64,000 bases of DNA from Spirochaetia bacterium (GCA_963662265.2 CAXXHA010000001.1:96001-160000); one strand, 5' to 3'; positions 19,387 to 29,439 are shown, numbered from the stretch's first letter. Made by a program: numbers and translations. Notes: generated by a model not told the origin, from the sequence alone.

Positions 19387-20769
19387 TTATGCGAGTTTAC
19401 CCGCTTCAATTTCTCTGATTACATCAGAAAGTATTTCAATTCCCTTCATAAGGTACTCTTCTGTAATTACCAGAGGAGGAAGAAGCCTTGCTACATTTCC
19501 GTGATGGCCTCCAACTTCGATCATGACTCCCCTCTGATGGCCGTACTTTCTAACCATCTTGGCATAATCGGCAGCCGGTTCCCTGGTCTCTGAATCCTTA
19601 ACCAATTCTATTGCTATCATGAGTCCGATTCCGCGAACTTCACCAACAATGGAACTCTCTTTTTCCAGTTCTTTGAGAGGAACCATTGCCTTAGCTCCAA
19701 GCTCAAGGGCTCTTTCCGGAATTTTATTCTCAGACATCCAGTTCAGAGCAGCCGCTCCTGCAGCATAAGCAACCATATTACCCCTGAATGTTCCAATAGT
19801 TTTGCCGGCAGGCCAGCTGTTGAGTTTTTCCCTGTATGCAATTGCAGAAATAGGAAATCCTATACCGCCAAGCGCCTTGCTCATAGTAATGATGTCAGGA
19901 ACAATATCAAAATGTTCAAAAGCAAACATCTTTCCGGTTCTGCCAAGGCCAGCCTGGATCTCATCACAAATCATCAATACATCATGCTTGTAGCAAATTT
20001 CCCTGACACGTTTCATAAACCGTGTTGTAGGAATTATTGTTCCGCCTTCACCCTGTACCGACTCCATAATTACTGCCGCAGGTTTTAAATAACCTGAATG
20101 GCTGTCTGATAAGACACGGTCAAGGTTTTCTGCTGCCTGCAAATCAACATCATCATCAGGACAGCCGAACGGATTACGGTATTTATACGGGTAAGGAAGG
20201 AACTGAACTCCAGGGACAAGCTGTCCGAGTCCTGTACGATGGTGAGCATCACATGTCATGGCAAGAGAAATTCCTGTCATACCGTGATAAGCACCTTCAA
20301 AAGCAATAATTCCGTCACGTCCTGTATTCCATCGGGCAAGCTTAATTGCCTGCTCAACTGCATCAGAGCCTGTCGGTCCTCCAAAAAAGACACGGCTTAA
20401 TTCTTTTGGAAGAAGTTTTCCAAGTGTTTCTACCATTTTTTGTCTGGTAGGTGTCGGAATATCAAGTGCATGAGTTACATCATCTATCTGCTCATGTGCT
20501 GCTTTTAGTACTTCCGGATGGCTGTGGCCTACTGCCATAACTCCTGCGCCGCTGAACATATCGATATAGATATTTCCATCCATATCCTCGATAGTTGCAC
20601 CCCGCCCCTTCTTTAAAGCCATAGGCATACCTTTTGAATAACTAACTGCTGAACTTTCATGCTCATTCTGAAAAGAAAGAATCTTCTGTGATTCCAGTCC
20701 CGGAGGGGTCACCTTGATCTTTGGTGCTCCTTCAAATGAAAGTTTTTCTAATTCCTGTTCACTGATCAT
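19387..20769 (-). CDS. class III PLP aminotransferase, diaminobutyrate--2-oxoglutarate transaminase-like
   Basis: ESSAVSY, GPTGSDAVEQAIKLAR, DEIQAGLGRTG, SKALGG (PLP lysine), GTFRGN. Confidence 0.88.
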   Translation of the reverse strand: MISEQELEKLSFEGAPKIKVTPPGLESQKILSFQNEHESSAVSYSKGMPMALKKGRGATIEDMDGNIYIDMFSGAGVMAVGHSHPEVLKAAHEQIDDVTHALDIPTPTRQKMVETLGKLLPKELSRVFFGGPTGSDAVEQAIKLARWNTGRDGIIAFEGAYHGMTGISLAMTCDAHHRTGLGQLVPGVQFLPYPYKYRNPFGCPDDDVDLQAAENLDRVLSDSHSGYLKPAAVIMESVQGEGGTIIPTTRFMKRVREICYKHDVLMICDEIQAGLGRTGKMFAFEHFDIVPDIITMSKALGGIGFPISAIAYREKLNSWPAGKTIGTFRGNMVAYAAGAAALNWMSENKIPERALELGAKAMVPLKELEKESSIVGEVRGIGLMIAIELVKDSETREPAADYAKMVRKYGHQRGVMIEVGGHHGNVARLLPPLVITEEYLMKGIEILSDVIREIEAGKLA

Positions 20770-21154
20770 TTTGATACCTCTTTAAAAGTTGTTTATAACC
20801 TATCTCTCAGCGGTAGAACCCTTCGAGTTGTTTTTCTTTTATTATTACTTGTCACCTGATATCGATAGTCACGTCCTGAAGTTCAAAAAAGGAAATGACT
20901 CGTATTTCAGAAAAAGCGTTCCGGTAGAGAAAAGGCACGCTTTTCTTTGGGTTTTAAATATTAAAAACTTTTTTAACTGTTATTATTTCCTTAAATTACC
21001 TGGATCGTTCTCTCTTAACCCCCGGCAGTAAATCAAAACCCGCCGGTCCCAATAGATAACCAATATTTTTATTATTCAGATTTAAAATTAAATCCGCTTC
21101 TCTAATCCTTCTCTCTTATTAGAATTTCTGTTCTAACACTTTCATACACCTATA

Positions 21155-21170
21155 TGCATATTACGTGCCA
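21155..21170 (-). promoter_or_regulatory. sigma54 -24/-12 promoter for the aminotransferase
   Basis: Minus strand TGGCACGTAATATGCA fits TGGCAC-N5-(T)TGC. Confidence 0.8.
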
Positions 21171-21296
21171 AGACGTTAAATAAGTGTTTTTTGTTATAAT
21201 TACCACAAAAAAATGCTGAAAATGAAATGTTTGGAGTAATTTTCATACAGTTCAGTATTAGAAATCAGAAATATTTGTGAATATTTCGCCTTTAAG

Positions 21297-21437
21297 TGCA
21301 AAATTTTCGGCATCTCTGCCGATTATTTTGCAACATACTCTGTAATTCAGCTTATTTGGACTGGTGGGAGTGCAAAAATATAGGTTATATGCATTCGGAT
21401 ATAAATATTACATAAAATAAGTGCAAAATATTTTGCA
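21297..21437. promoter_or_regulatory. RocR-type upstream activating sequences (copy 1)
   Basis: TGCAAAATTTTCGGCA-tctc-TGCCGATTATTTTGCA (21297-21332) and perfect palindrome TGCAAAATATTTTGCA (21422-21437). Confidence 0.7.
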
Positions 21438-21805
21438 GGCATTATCATATTGTGCATATATATGCGCTGATGACCAAAGAAGATTATCAGAATATTCTGC
21501 AAATCATATCAGCCCTTATCCATTCTTCTGTTTTTCAACATACCAACCGGTTAATCCTGATCTTACATATTCTTATCCTGTTTATACCTGTGCCGCCTGA
21601 AAGATTCTTCCATCAGGTCCTGATATAGGGCAGAGAGAACAGCTTGTAGAACATCTTCCATGGAAGGGAGGAACATTGCGTACAATTCCAGATAGAAAAC
21701 AACTTCTTTAAGAGGTTGAGATGACAGGAAGTAATGGATATTTATTTGAAATAAAAGAATGGAATAATGTAATTATCATTCTAAAAATGGATATTAATTT
21801 TCTTC

Positions 21806-21852
21806 CGGAGAAAAAGCTCATTGAATAAGACAATGAGCTCCTTTTATCTCCG
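21806..21852 (-). terminator. intrinsic terminator downstream of the amidohydrolase
   Basis: AGCTCATTG / CAATGAGCT stem with a T run on the minus strand. Confidence 0.55.
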
Positions 21853-21976
21853 TTTTAATCTATCCTTGTATGTGAAAGAATAAATATGTTTCTCACATGC
21901 AAAATTTTCGTGTATCATTTCATTTAAATCACACAGCTTTTATTTTACAGGTCTGCAGTCTTTCCTGATTATCTAT

Positions 21977-23147
21977 TTATTTTTTTAAATAATTAATAGC
22001 AGTGCGGACATGAAGCTCTGCCCCAACAGGAAGTACATCTTCATCAATATCAAATTTTGGATGATGGTGAGGATAATCTGAACCTATTGCCGGATTATTG
22101 ATCCCTACAAAGGAGAAGGCCCCGGGTGTTGTCTTAAGATAGTCGCTGAAGTCTTCACCAGCCATAGTCCTTATTCTTGAAGTTATTTTGGAAGGGTCAC
22201 AGAGTGTCTCTTTTGCGGCAGAACGAACCACAGCTGCAGCTTCAGGATTATTGGACAGAAGATGATTTCCCACTTTGAACTCAAGCTTGTAACTAACCCG
22301 ATGAGCCTGGCATATGTTTGAAATTATTCTTTCGAAGCTCTCAAAGATTTTCTCTCCCCCCTCGTAAAGGAAACGTATGGATCCCTTTATCTTAACTTTT
22401 TCCGGGACTATCGTCATATTGCTTCCGGCGTGAAATTCTGTAAACATTATGACAGAGGGATTCAGCGCATCTGTTTCCCTGGTCTGGATAGCCTGTACTG
22501 CCTGGATGATTTGAGTTGCAGGATAGATAGGGTCGATGGATTCATGGGCAAAGCCTGCATGACCGCCTTTACCCTGTATAGTGAGGTAGAAGTAGTGGCT
22601 TGCCGCCATCTGAGGGCCGTCAACAATATCAACTGTACCGGATGGGATCTGTGACCAGAGGTGGACTCCGAAAGCAGCATCTACACCGGGGTTTTCCATT
22701 ATACCCTCTTCAATCATTTTATAGGCGCCTGCATCCTCTTCGTTCGGCTGGAATGCGAATTTAATATTACCTTCAATTTCATCCCGCATCCCGGCAAGGA
22801 CTTTTGCAGCTGCCATAAGCATTGCAAGATGACCGTCATGTCCGCAGGCATGCATTATTCCCTTTTCTTTCGAGGCAAAGGAAAGTCCTGTCTCTTCCTC
22901 TACAGGAATAGCAATCCATATCTGAACGAAGAAGAACTGTTTTGCCCGGCTTACTCCCTGACAGGAGAGCAACAACACCAGTCCCTGCAATCTTTTTTAC
23001 ATCATCAAGCCCGCAGGCTTTTAAATATTCAATTACTTTTTCCTGGGTTCTGTATTCCTGAAATCCCAGCTCAGGATTTTGGTGGAAGTCTCTTCTAAGC
23101 TCAACCAGCTCCTGTTTCAGAGTCTCTATCTTTTTTTTTATGTCCAT
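21977..23147 (-). pseudogene. M20-family amidohydrolase with one +1 frameshift (possibly an assembly error)
   Basis: RRDFHQNPELGFQE, RSDMD|AIPV, MHACGHDGH, FQPNEE, GEDFS, HHPKFDIDE; one extra base near 22913 splits it. Confidence 0.85.
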
Positions 23148-23160
23148 ATGTTTCTCCAAT

Positions 23161-23190
23161 AAAAAAGAGGAGCAGGAGTACTCCTGCTCC
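23161..23190 (-). terminator. terminator-like hairpin between symporter and amidohydrolase
   Basis: Perfect 22-bp palindrome GGAGCAGGAGTACTCCTGCTCC (23169-23190) followed by TCTTTTTT on the minus strand. Confidence 0.7.
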
Positions 23191-23214
23191 CTTAAAAAAG
23201 TAATTACGCAGTTT

Positions 23215-24576
23215 CTATTCTTTGACCCCTACTGTGCTAGTAAAAAATTCTTTTGTTAATTCTACAACTTTTTTCCTCATTCCTATAAGGAGGATAAGGT
23301 TAATCGCAACAGTTATACCCATAAACAGGTCAAGAAGGCCCCAGATAATTCGAAGTCCGCCTACAGCTCCGATAACAACAGCTATAAGAAATACAATTCT
23401 TACAGGCATAATCGCTTTATTACCAAAGCAGTACACTGCTCCAGTTTCGCTGTAATATTCTGCTACTAAAATTGTTGTGTAGGCAAAAAACAGAATTGAA
23501 ATTGTAACAATCAAATCTCCAGGTCCAGGTAAGCCTGTCTGAAAAGCTGTAGCTGTAAGACTTGCTCCAACCTCACCGCTTGGAATAACGCCTGTTATAA
23601 CGATAACAAGACCAGTCATTGTACAAACAATTATTGTGTCTACAAAGACTTCAAATATGCCCCAGATACCCTGTCTGACAGGATGATCGACTGTCGCTGT
23701 TGCATGCGCAACAGGTGAAGTTCCCATTCCTGCTTCGTTAGAGTATACACCTCTGGCAAAACCATTTCGAATAACTACCATTAGAGTTGAACCTGCAAAG
23801 CCTCCGGCCGGAGCCATACCTGTAAAGGCTGATTTTACAATAGTTGCAAGTGCAGCAGGTATTGCTGTAACATTTGCAAGTATAATAAATAAAGCTGCCA
23901 ATGTATAAATTACTGCCATGATAGGAACCATTTTCTCTGCAACCTTCCCAATTCTTTTGATACCGCCGAGAATAACAAGTCCGGAGAGTACAGCTATAAT
24001 AATACCTACAACAAGATGATTTCCTCCAAAAGAGTGGTTGATAACATCTGAGATTGAGTTGGACTGAACTGCTCCGCTGATGAGAAACTGTAGAAAGAAG
24101 AGAAGACTCCAGATAAAAGCCAGCCATCGCCAGTTTTCACCCAAACCTTTCTTTACAATGTACATAAATCCGCCCCGGTATATACCAGTTTCCGGATCTT
24201 TTTCACGGTAATGCATACCCAGAACAATTTCTGCATATTTGGCAATTGCTGCAAGAAGAGCAACTACCCACATCCAGAAAAGCGCTCCGGCGCCGCCGAT
24301 TGCTACTGCAACTCCAACTCCTGCGATATTTCCAGTTCCCAGAGTTCCTGCCAATGCAGAAGCTGCTGCCTGAAACGGAGTTAAGTTTCCTTCGCCGATT
24401 ACTTCCTTGTTAAACATTTTCCCGAAAGTGTTTTTCATTATAAATCCGAACTTTCTGAACTGGAAAAATCTCAGCAGTAACGAATAAATAATCGCAGTTA
24501 CGGTAATAATACCGATAAGTGGCCATCCCCAGAGAAATCCGACAATAATGCCCACAAAATTCATAAATGTATCCAT
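23215..24576 (-). CDS. alanine/glycine:cation symporter (AGCS family)
   Basis: GTGNIAGV, GGAGALFWMW, RGVYSNEAGMG, EVFVDTIIVCTMT. Confidence 0.93.
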   Translation of the reverse strand: MDTFMNFVGIIVGFLWGWPLIGIITVTAIIYSLLLRFFQFRKFGFIMKNTFGKMFNKEVIGEGNLTPFQAAASALAGTLGTGNIAGVGVAVAIGGAGALFWMWVVALLAAIAKYAEIVLGMHYREKDPETGIYRGGFMYIVKKGLGENWRWLAFIWSLLFFLQFLISGAVQSNSISDVINHSFGGNHLVVGIIIAVLSGLVILGGIKRIGKVAEKMVPIMAVIYTLAALFIILANVTAIPAALATIVKSAFTGMAPAGGFAGSTLMVVIRNGFARGVYSNEAGMGTSPVAHATATVDHPVRQGIWGIFEVFVDTIIVCTMTGLVIVITGVIPSGEVGASLTATAFQTGLPGPGDLIVTISILFFAYTTILVAEYYSETGAVYCFGNKAIMPVRIVFLIAVVIGAVGGLRIIWGLLDLFMGITVAINLILLIGMRKKVVELTKEFFTSTVGVKE

Positions 24577-24980
24577 AGATACCTCCCCCTAAAAGAATTT
24601 ATATTTTAAAAAATGGCAAAACATAGAAAATTTCCGCTTAGTTTTTTCATACATCGATCTTTAACGCAAATAAAGTTCTCTGAAGTCATCAAGCTTATTT
24701 AATAGCTCTTACCTTCAAAAAGCAAATGCTTCTTTAAAAAGACCATAAATAGCTATTTTAAAGAAAAAGCCTTTAAGAGTATCTGCTTGACAATAAATTT
24801 CACTTAGGTTATATGAAAAAACTGCAGAATGAATCCCTGATATATTCCTTTTCGAATCAATAAAACAAGGCCTACCGGCTCACGTATATAACTAATAATT
24901 TTATTATTCAGATTTAAACTCTGTTTCTCTAATCCTTCTCTGTTGTCAGTATTTTTGTTCAAGCACCTTAAAAGACCCCA

Positions 24981-24996
24981 TACATATTCCGTGCCA
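24981..24996 (-). promoter_or_regulatory. sigma54 promoter for the symporter with a variant -12 element
   Basis: Minus strand TGGCACGGAATATGTA; -12 GC replaced by GT. Confidence 0.65.
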
Positions 24997-25122
24997 AGTC
25001 ATTAAATAGGTGATTTATATTGTTATTACCACAAAAAAATGCTGAATATGAAATGTTTGGAGTAATTTTTATACAGTTAAGTATTAGAAATCAGAAATAT
25101 TTGTGAATATTTCGCCTTTAAG

Positions 25123-25288
25123 TGCAAAATATTCGGCAAAAATGCCGAATATTTTGCAACGAACTCTGTAATTCAGCTTATTTGGACTGGTGAGAGTGCA
25201 AAAATAAAGGTTATATACATTTGGAAATATATATTACAGGAAAAAAAGTGCAAAATATTTTGCAGGCATCGTCTTGTTATGTTATTAT
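25123..25288. promoter_or_regulatory. RocR-type UAS (copy 2) and overlapping sigma70 promoter of rocR
   Basis: Perfect IR TGCAAAATATTCGGCA-aaaa-TGCCGAATATTTTGCA (25123-25158); palindrome 25249-25264 overlaps -35 TTGCAG (25260-25265); 17 bp; TGn-TATTAT (25283-25288). Confidence 0.7.
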
Positions 25289-25296
25289 ATAAACTT

Positions 25297-26695
25297 ATGA
25301 CTAAAGAAGATTATCAGAATATTATGCACACCCTCTCCGAAAACGTAAGCGAAGGTATCTACATTGTCAGCTCAGACGGCATGAGCCTCTTATACAACAA
25401 AAGCATGTCGAAGCTCGAAGAAATGAAACCGGAGGATGTTATTGGAAAAAATCTTAATGAAGTGCAGTCAAATATTCCGGATGGAGAAAGCACTCTCATC
25501 AGAGCATTGAAATTTAAAAACAAGACCAATAACTGCAATCAAACATATATCAACCATTACGGCAAAGAAATTACTACCATAAATACCACCATACCTGTCC
25601 TTAATAAAGAGAATGAAGTAATTGCTGCCATAGAAATAGCTTAGAGATGTTACAGATATCAAGAAGATGTCTGATACTATTATTGATTTGCAGAATGAAA
25701 ACATTAATTCAAAGAAAATTGGCAAGAGAATAAAAACCTATACATTTAAGGATTTTGTGTGTCATGATGATGTTTTTCAGAAAGTTCTTACAAGATCAAA
25801 AAAAGCAGCAAAGGTGAATGCCTCTGTTCTTATTTACGGAGAAACCGGGACCGGTAAAGAATTAATTGCACACAGTATTCACAATGAAAGCATCAGACGA
25901 AACAAACCGTTTATAGCTCAAAATTGCGCAGCACTTCCCGATAGCCTGTTAGAAGGTATACTCTTTGGAACAGCAAAGGGAAGCTTCACAGGAGCGGTTG
26001 ATCGCGCAGGAATATTCGAGCAGGCCAACGGCGGCACCCTGCTGCTTGATGAAATCAATTCCCTGCCTGTTGATCTTCAAAGTAAACTCCTGCGCGTACT
26101 GCAGGAAAATTATCTACGGAGAGTCGGTGGCTCAAAAGATATCCCGGTCGATGTAAGAATCATTGCAACAATTAATGAAACCCCTAAAGATTTAATTGAC
26201 GGTGGAAAGCTTAGACAGGATTTATATTACAGGTTGAAGATTATCGAGATAAACCTCCCGCCTCTTCGAAGCAGAAAAAAGGATATTCTGCCGCTGGTTG
26301 AATATTTTATCAGTAAATACAACAAAGAATTCGGAAAAAATGTAATGGGCATAACGGAAAAAGCAAAAGAAATGCTTATCAATTATGATTATCCAGGAAA
26401 CATAAGAGAACTGGAGCATATGTTCATGTCCATTGTTTCCATGAGTGAAGATGCAATTTATGTTGATGAAAAACACCTTAACCTGTCTGCCCGTTCTAAA
26501 CCAGATATTCAGAGATATCATATTAATGAGGTAGAAAATCAGAGCCTCGACACATATCTGGAAAATATTGAAAAGGCTCTTATCTCAGAAGCCTTCGAAG
26601 CTGCCGGCCAATCGGTTACAAAAACAGCAGCTTATCTGAAAATAAAGCGACAGACTTTACAGTATAAGTTAAAGAAATACGGCATTAGAACTTAA
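25297..26695 (+). pseudogene. rocR: RocR-like PAS/AAA+/Fis sigma54-dependent activator with one +1 frameshift (possibly an assembly error)
   Basis: PAS region, GETGTGKE, KGSFTGA, LLLDEI, PGNIREL, RQTLQYKL; removing one T at ~25641 gives IEIARDVTDIKKMSD and fuses both ORFs. Confidence 0.8.
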
Positions 26696-26746
26696 AGACC
26701 AGAGCGGTATCAGGATTCTATTGAAACAGGTTTAAAAAACGTATCC

Positions 26747-26908
26747 CGGACCGTTGCAAAATTGTCCGAGACTATATTCATGCCTGGAGGTTGTGGGAAT
26801 AACAAATATTTTTGCAGGCAGAAACAGAAATACGCCATATAATCTACACATAAATAAAAAATAGAAAAATTATTTCTTTTCTCCAAGGACAACTTATGCA
26901 ACCAGACG
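26747..26908. mobile_element. MITE copy B
   Basis: Ends CGGACCGTTGCAAAATT and GACAACTTATGCAACCAGACG; interior homologous to copy A. Confidence 0.8.
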
Positions 26909-27165
26909 AACCTGAGACTGATCTGAATCTGGAAGAATTATACAAAAATCAAGATCACTATCTTTGATAGGAGGAGGCCCCAGACAGAAGAACCATATAA
27001 AAAGATCTATTTGGGATGATATAAATCTATAGAAAAAATATTTATTGATGTAATTATACATTGATACGATGTCTTGTATTGAGACTACCTATATAAATAA
27101 TAAATTATAATTTCTCTTTTTCGTTCTTTACTTTTTTAGAAAAATGCATTTATATAATTTTACTT

Positions 27166-27233
27166 AGGGATCAGATGGTTTTATTTAAATAAAATTAATC
27201 GGGCATTAGCAGCGAGTATTTCGTGGGACCCCT
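27166..27233 (+). ncRNA. probable NiCo (czcD) riboswitch
   Basis: Ordered motifs GATCAG..stem..CGGG..GCAGC..stem..GTGGGAC closed by AGGG/CCCT, 30 nt before a CDF gene. Confidence 0.6.
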
Positions 27234-27262
27234 CGAATAATTATTCAAAGGAGACCCAATAA

Positions 27263-27673
27263 ATGCGGAATACGAATTCATCAACCAATTCTAAAGAACG
27301 TTTAAAGCAAGCAAACAAAACAACCGGTATCGGAGCAATATTTAATATCGTTTTGAGTCTAACCAAGATTATTACCGGTATATTACTAAGTTTATTTATT
27401 ATCAAAGAAGCATTTCATATTGGAAAAATCAGTATAAATGAACTTTTAGAAATCGCATTACCTAGAGAGATCCAGAACCAAATTCTGCAGGTAGCATCTT
27501 CAACACAAGGTGTTTACAACCCCCACAATTTAAAAACAAGACGAATTGGTAATATATCTGCAGTAGATCTACATATTTTAATAGACTCAAATACTACTGT
27601 TGAGAATGGCCATAATATAGCACATAAGGTCGAATCGGCTGTAAAAGAAGAATTAGGTGATGATATGATATGA
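27263..27673 (+). pseudogene. cation diffusion facilitator (FieF-like) with in-frame internal deletion
   Basis: First TM helix (GAIFNIVLSLTKIITG) joined directly to the last helix and the dimerisation domain (HNLKTRRIG..VDLHI..TVENGHNIA); 136 aa versus ~300 expected. Confidence 0.75.
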
Positions 27674-27849
27674 GATTTTCTATCCACATAGAGCCAAATC
27701 ATAGTAAAATATAAATAATCATTATGACAATTACAGATACTATTTTTTAGTGTGTATCTTACAATAATCAGTTGTCGTCTTGTTGCGATATTACATCTGC
27801 GAATAATATTCACACTTGGGGGACCTGGGGGTATGCCAAGCCCAATATT

Positions 27850-27882
27850 AGGGACTTTGCTATTTGGTGGAGTCCTTTTTTA
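27850..27882 (+). terminator. intrinsic terminator-like hairpin
   Basis: GGGACTTTGCTA-tt-TGGTGGAGTCCT followed by a T run. Confidence 0.6.
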
Positions 27883-28218
27883 TTGATTGTCAGCCTGTTT
27901 GAAATCAGTTTATTCCAGTTTCAGTTTTTATGATAAAGAGAATACAATCTCTCTAATGTATTGTTTTAAAAAAGTTCCAGATCTAATAATAAAAGAATTG
28001 AAAACCAGTCAAATTTCACTCCATGTATCATACTTGAACTATTAAAAAGAAAACCTGTACTTCTATTATTTTTAAACAAACCAAAAGGGACATATATAAA
28101 AAAAATCTCTCCAAGTAAGAATTATTTTTTCTCTGCCAGAGCTGAACCTTTTATACTATTACAGTTTAAAATATGGTGCTATTATTCGAAGGTCATAAAT
28201 CAGCAAGGAAGTGAAGCA

Positions 28219-29439
28219 TTGGAACATTGGAAAATCAATCTGACAACTTTATGGGTATCACAAACTATGTCGATCGCGAGTTTTGGGTTGGGACTTCCAT
28301 TTATTCCCTACTTTATTCAGCAGTTGGGGCTGACAGATCCAACTGAAATCAAAATCTATACAGGGGTACTTGCTGTTGCCCCTGCTGTAACTATGGCTAT
28401 TATGGCTCCCATCTGGGGTTTGCTGTCAGATCGTTTTGGACGGAAAATGATGATTATGCGGGCTATGGGCGCAGCAGTAATCGTTATCGGCTGCATGGGG
28501 CTGGTGAATCACGTATGGCAGCTTGTGGCATTAAGAGCTCTTCAGGGGGCATTTACAGGAACTATTACTGCCTCTACTACTTTTATTGCAGCGAATACCC
28601 CAAAAGAACGTCTGACATATGCCCTTGGGGTTATATCTTCTTCTAATTTTTTAGGTTATTCATTAGGACCTCTTGTGGGGGGGGGTATCGCGGAAGCCTT
28701 TGGCTATCGGGCCAGTTTTTTTACCGGTGCCAGCTTGATGCTTTTGGGCCTTGTTCTTGTTGTTTACTTTGTTAGAGAAGACAAAAGCAGTTATGGGAAA
28801 AAACTTTATAAGCCGGGGATGAAGCCAAAGTGGAATAATATTTTCACACCCTATATTATTCTTTTGCTTTTTATGCTGTTTTTTCAACGTATATCAAGAA
28901 GTGTATTCAGCCCCTATATGCCACTGTATGTACAGGGTGTTCTTGGTGGTATAAAAGGGGCAGCACAGACTACAGGATCTATAAATGGGATAGTTGGTTT
29001 TGCTACAGCCATGGCAGGTATTATATTCGGCCGCTTAGGAGACCGGGTAAATAAAATGAAATTGTCAATTCACTTATTAGCGTTAGGGGTTATACTGAGC
29101 TTCAGCCTGTACTTCGTTAATACTCTGCCATGCTTTATCGGGTTTTATGGACTTTTGTTTTTCTTAATCGGTGGAATAGAACCTGTTATTACATCAAGTA
29201 CTGCAGAGAAGACCCCTGCTAATCATAGAGGTTTTCTTTTTGGAATTCAGGGATTGGCAGGAAGCATCGGGTGGATCATGTCTCCAATTCTTGGTACCTG
29301 TATTTCTATCACCTATGAGATTAAAGCTATTTTGTTTGTTATACCTTGTGTTTTGCTTTGTTCCCTGATAGTTGCGATGACCAGTTTAATATTTGAGAAA
29401 CCAGCTGGTCATTTAGTTTATAAAAATAAGGCGAAATAG
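28219..29439 (+). CDS. MFS transporter (MdtG/DHA1-like)
   Basis: WKINL..LW, WGLLSDRFGRK motif A, LRALQGAFTG, GPLVGG; about 12 TM helices. Confidence 0.9.
   Translation: MEHWKINLTTLWVSQTMSIASFGLGLPFIPYFIQQLGLTDPTEIKIYTGVLAVAPAVTMAIMAPIWGLLSDRFGRKMMIMRAMGAAVIVIGCMGLVNHVWQLVALRALQGAFTGTITASTTFIAANTPKERLTYALGVISSSNFLGYSLGPLVGGGIAEAFGYRASFFTGASLMLLGLVLVVYFVREDKSSYGKKLYKPGMKPKWNNIFTPYIILLLFMLFFQRISRSVFSPYMPLYVQGVLGGIKGAAQTTGSINGIVGFATAMAGIIFGRLGDRVNKMKLSIHLLALGVILSFSLYFVNTLPCFIGFYGLLFFLIGGIEPVITSSTAEKTPANHRGFLFGIQGLAGSIGWIMSPILGTCISITYEIKAILFVIPCVLLCSLIVAMTSLIFEKPAGHLVYKNKAK

Larger units (their letters stand above)
21040..21511. repeat. copy 1 of a duplicated sigma54 promoter/enhancer block ending in the first codons of rocR
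   Basis: Colinear with 24872-25338; ends with ATG at 21470 reading MTKEDYQNILQIIS versus MTKEDYQNIMHTLS at 25297. Confidence 0.92.
24872..25338. repeat. copy 2 of the duplicated sigma54 promoter/enhancer block (native position at rocR)
   Basis: Colinear with 21040-21511. Confidence 0.92.

Noticed and set aside
16692-20769. Ectoine biosynthesis cluster (ask-asd-ectB)
   Set aside because: No ectA acetyltransferase or ectC synthase in the window, and the transaminase has a catabolic-type sigma54 promoter
20805-20825. T-box-like sequence AAGGGTTCTACCGCT in the transaminase leader (minus strand)
   Set aside because: The essential UGGN bulge is absent and no terminator follows before the start codon
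20789-21031. 80-aa plus-strand ORF in the transaminase leader
   Set aside because: TTG start without RBS, low-complexity composition, antisense to the predicted leader
21563-21775. Open minus-strand frame (..IHYFLSSQPLKEVVFYLELYAMF..RYKQDKNM*)
   Set aside because: No upstream start or RBS and no recognisable family; may be a gene scrap but cannot be supported
25123-25264. TGCAAAAT palindromes as further transposon ends
   Set aside because: They share only the TGCAAAAT core; symmetry and distance from the -24/-12 site fit activator binding sites
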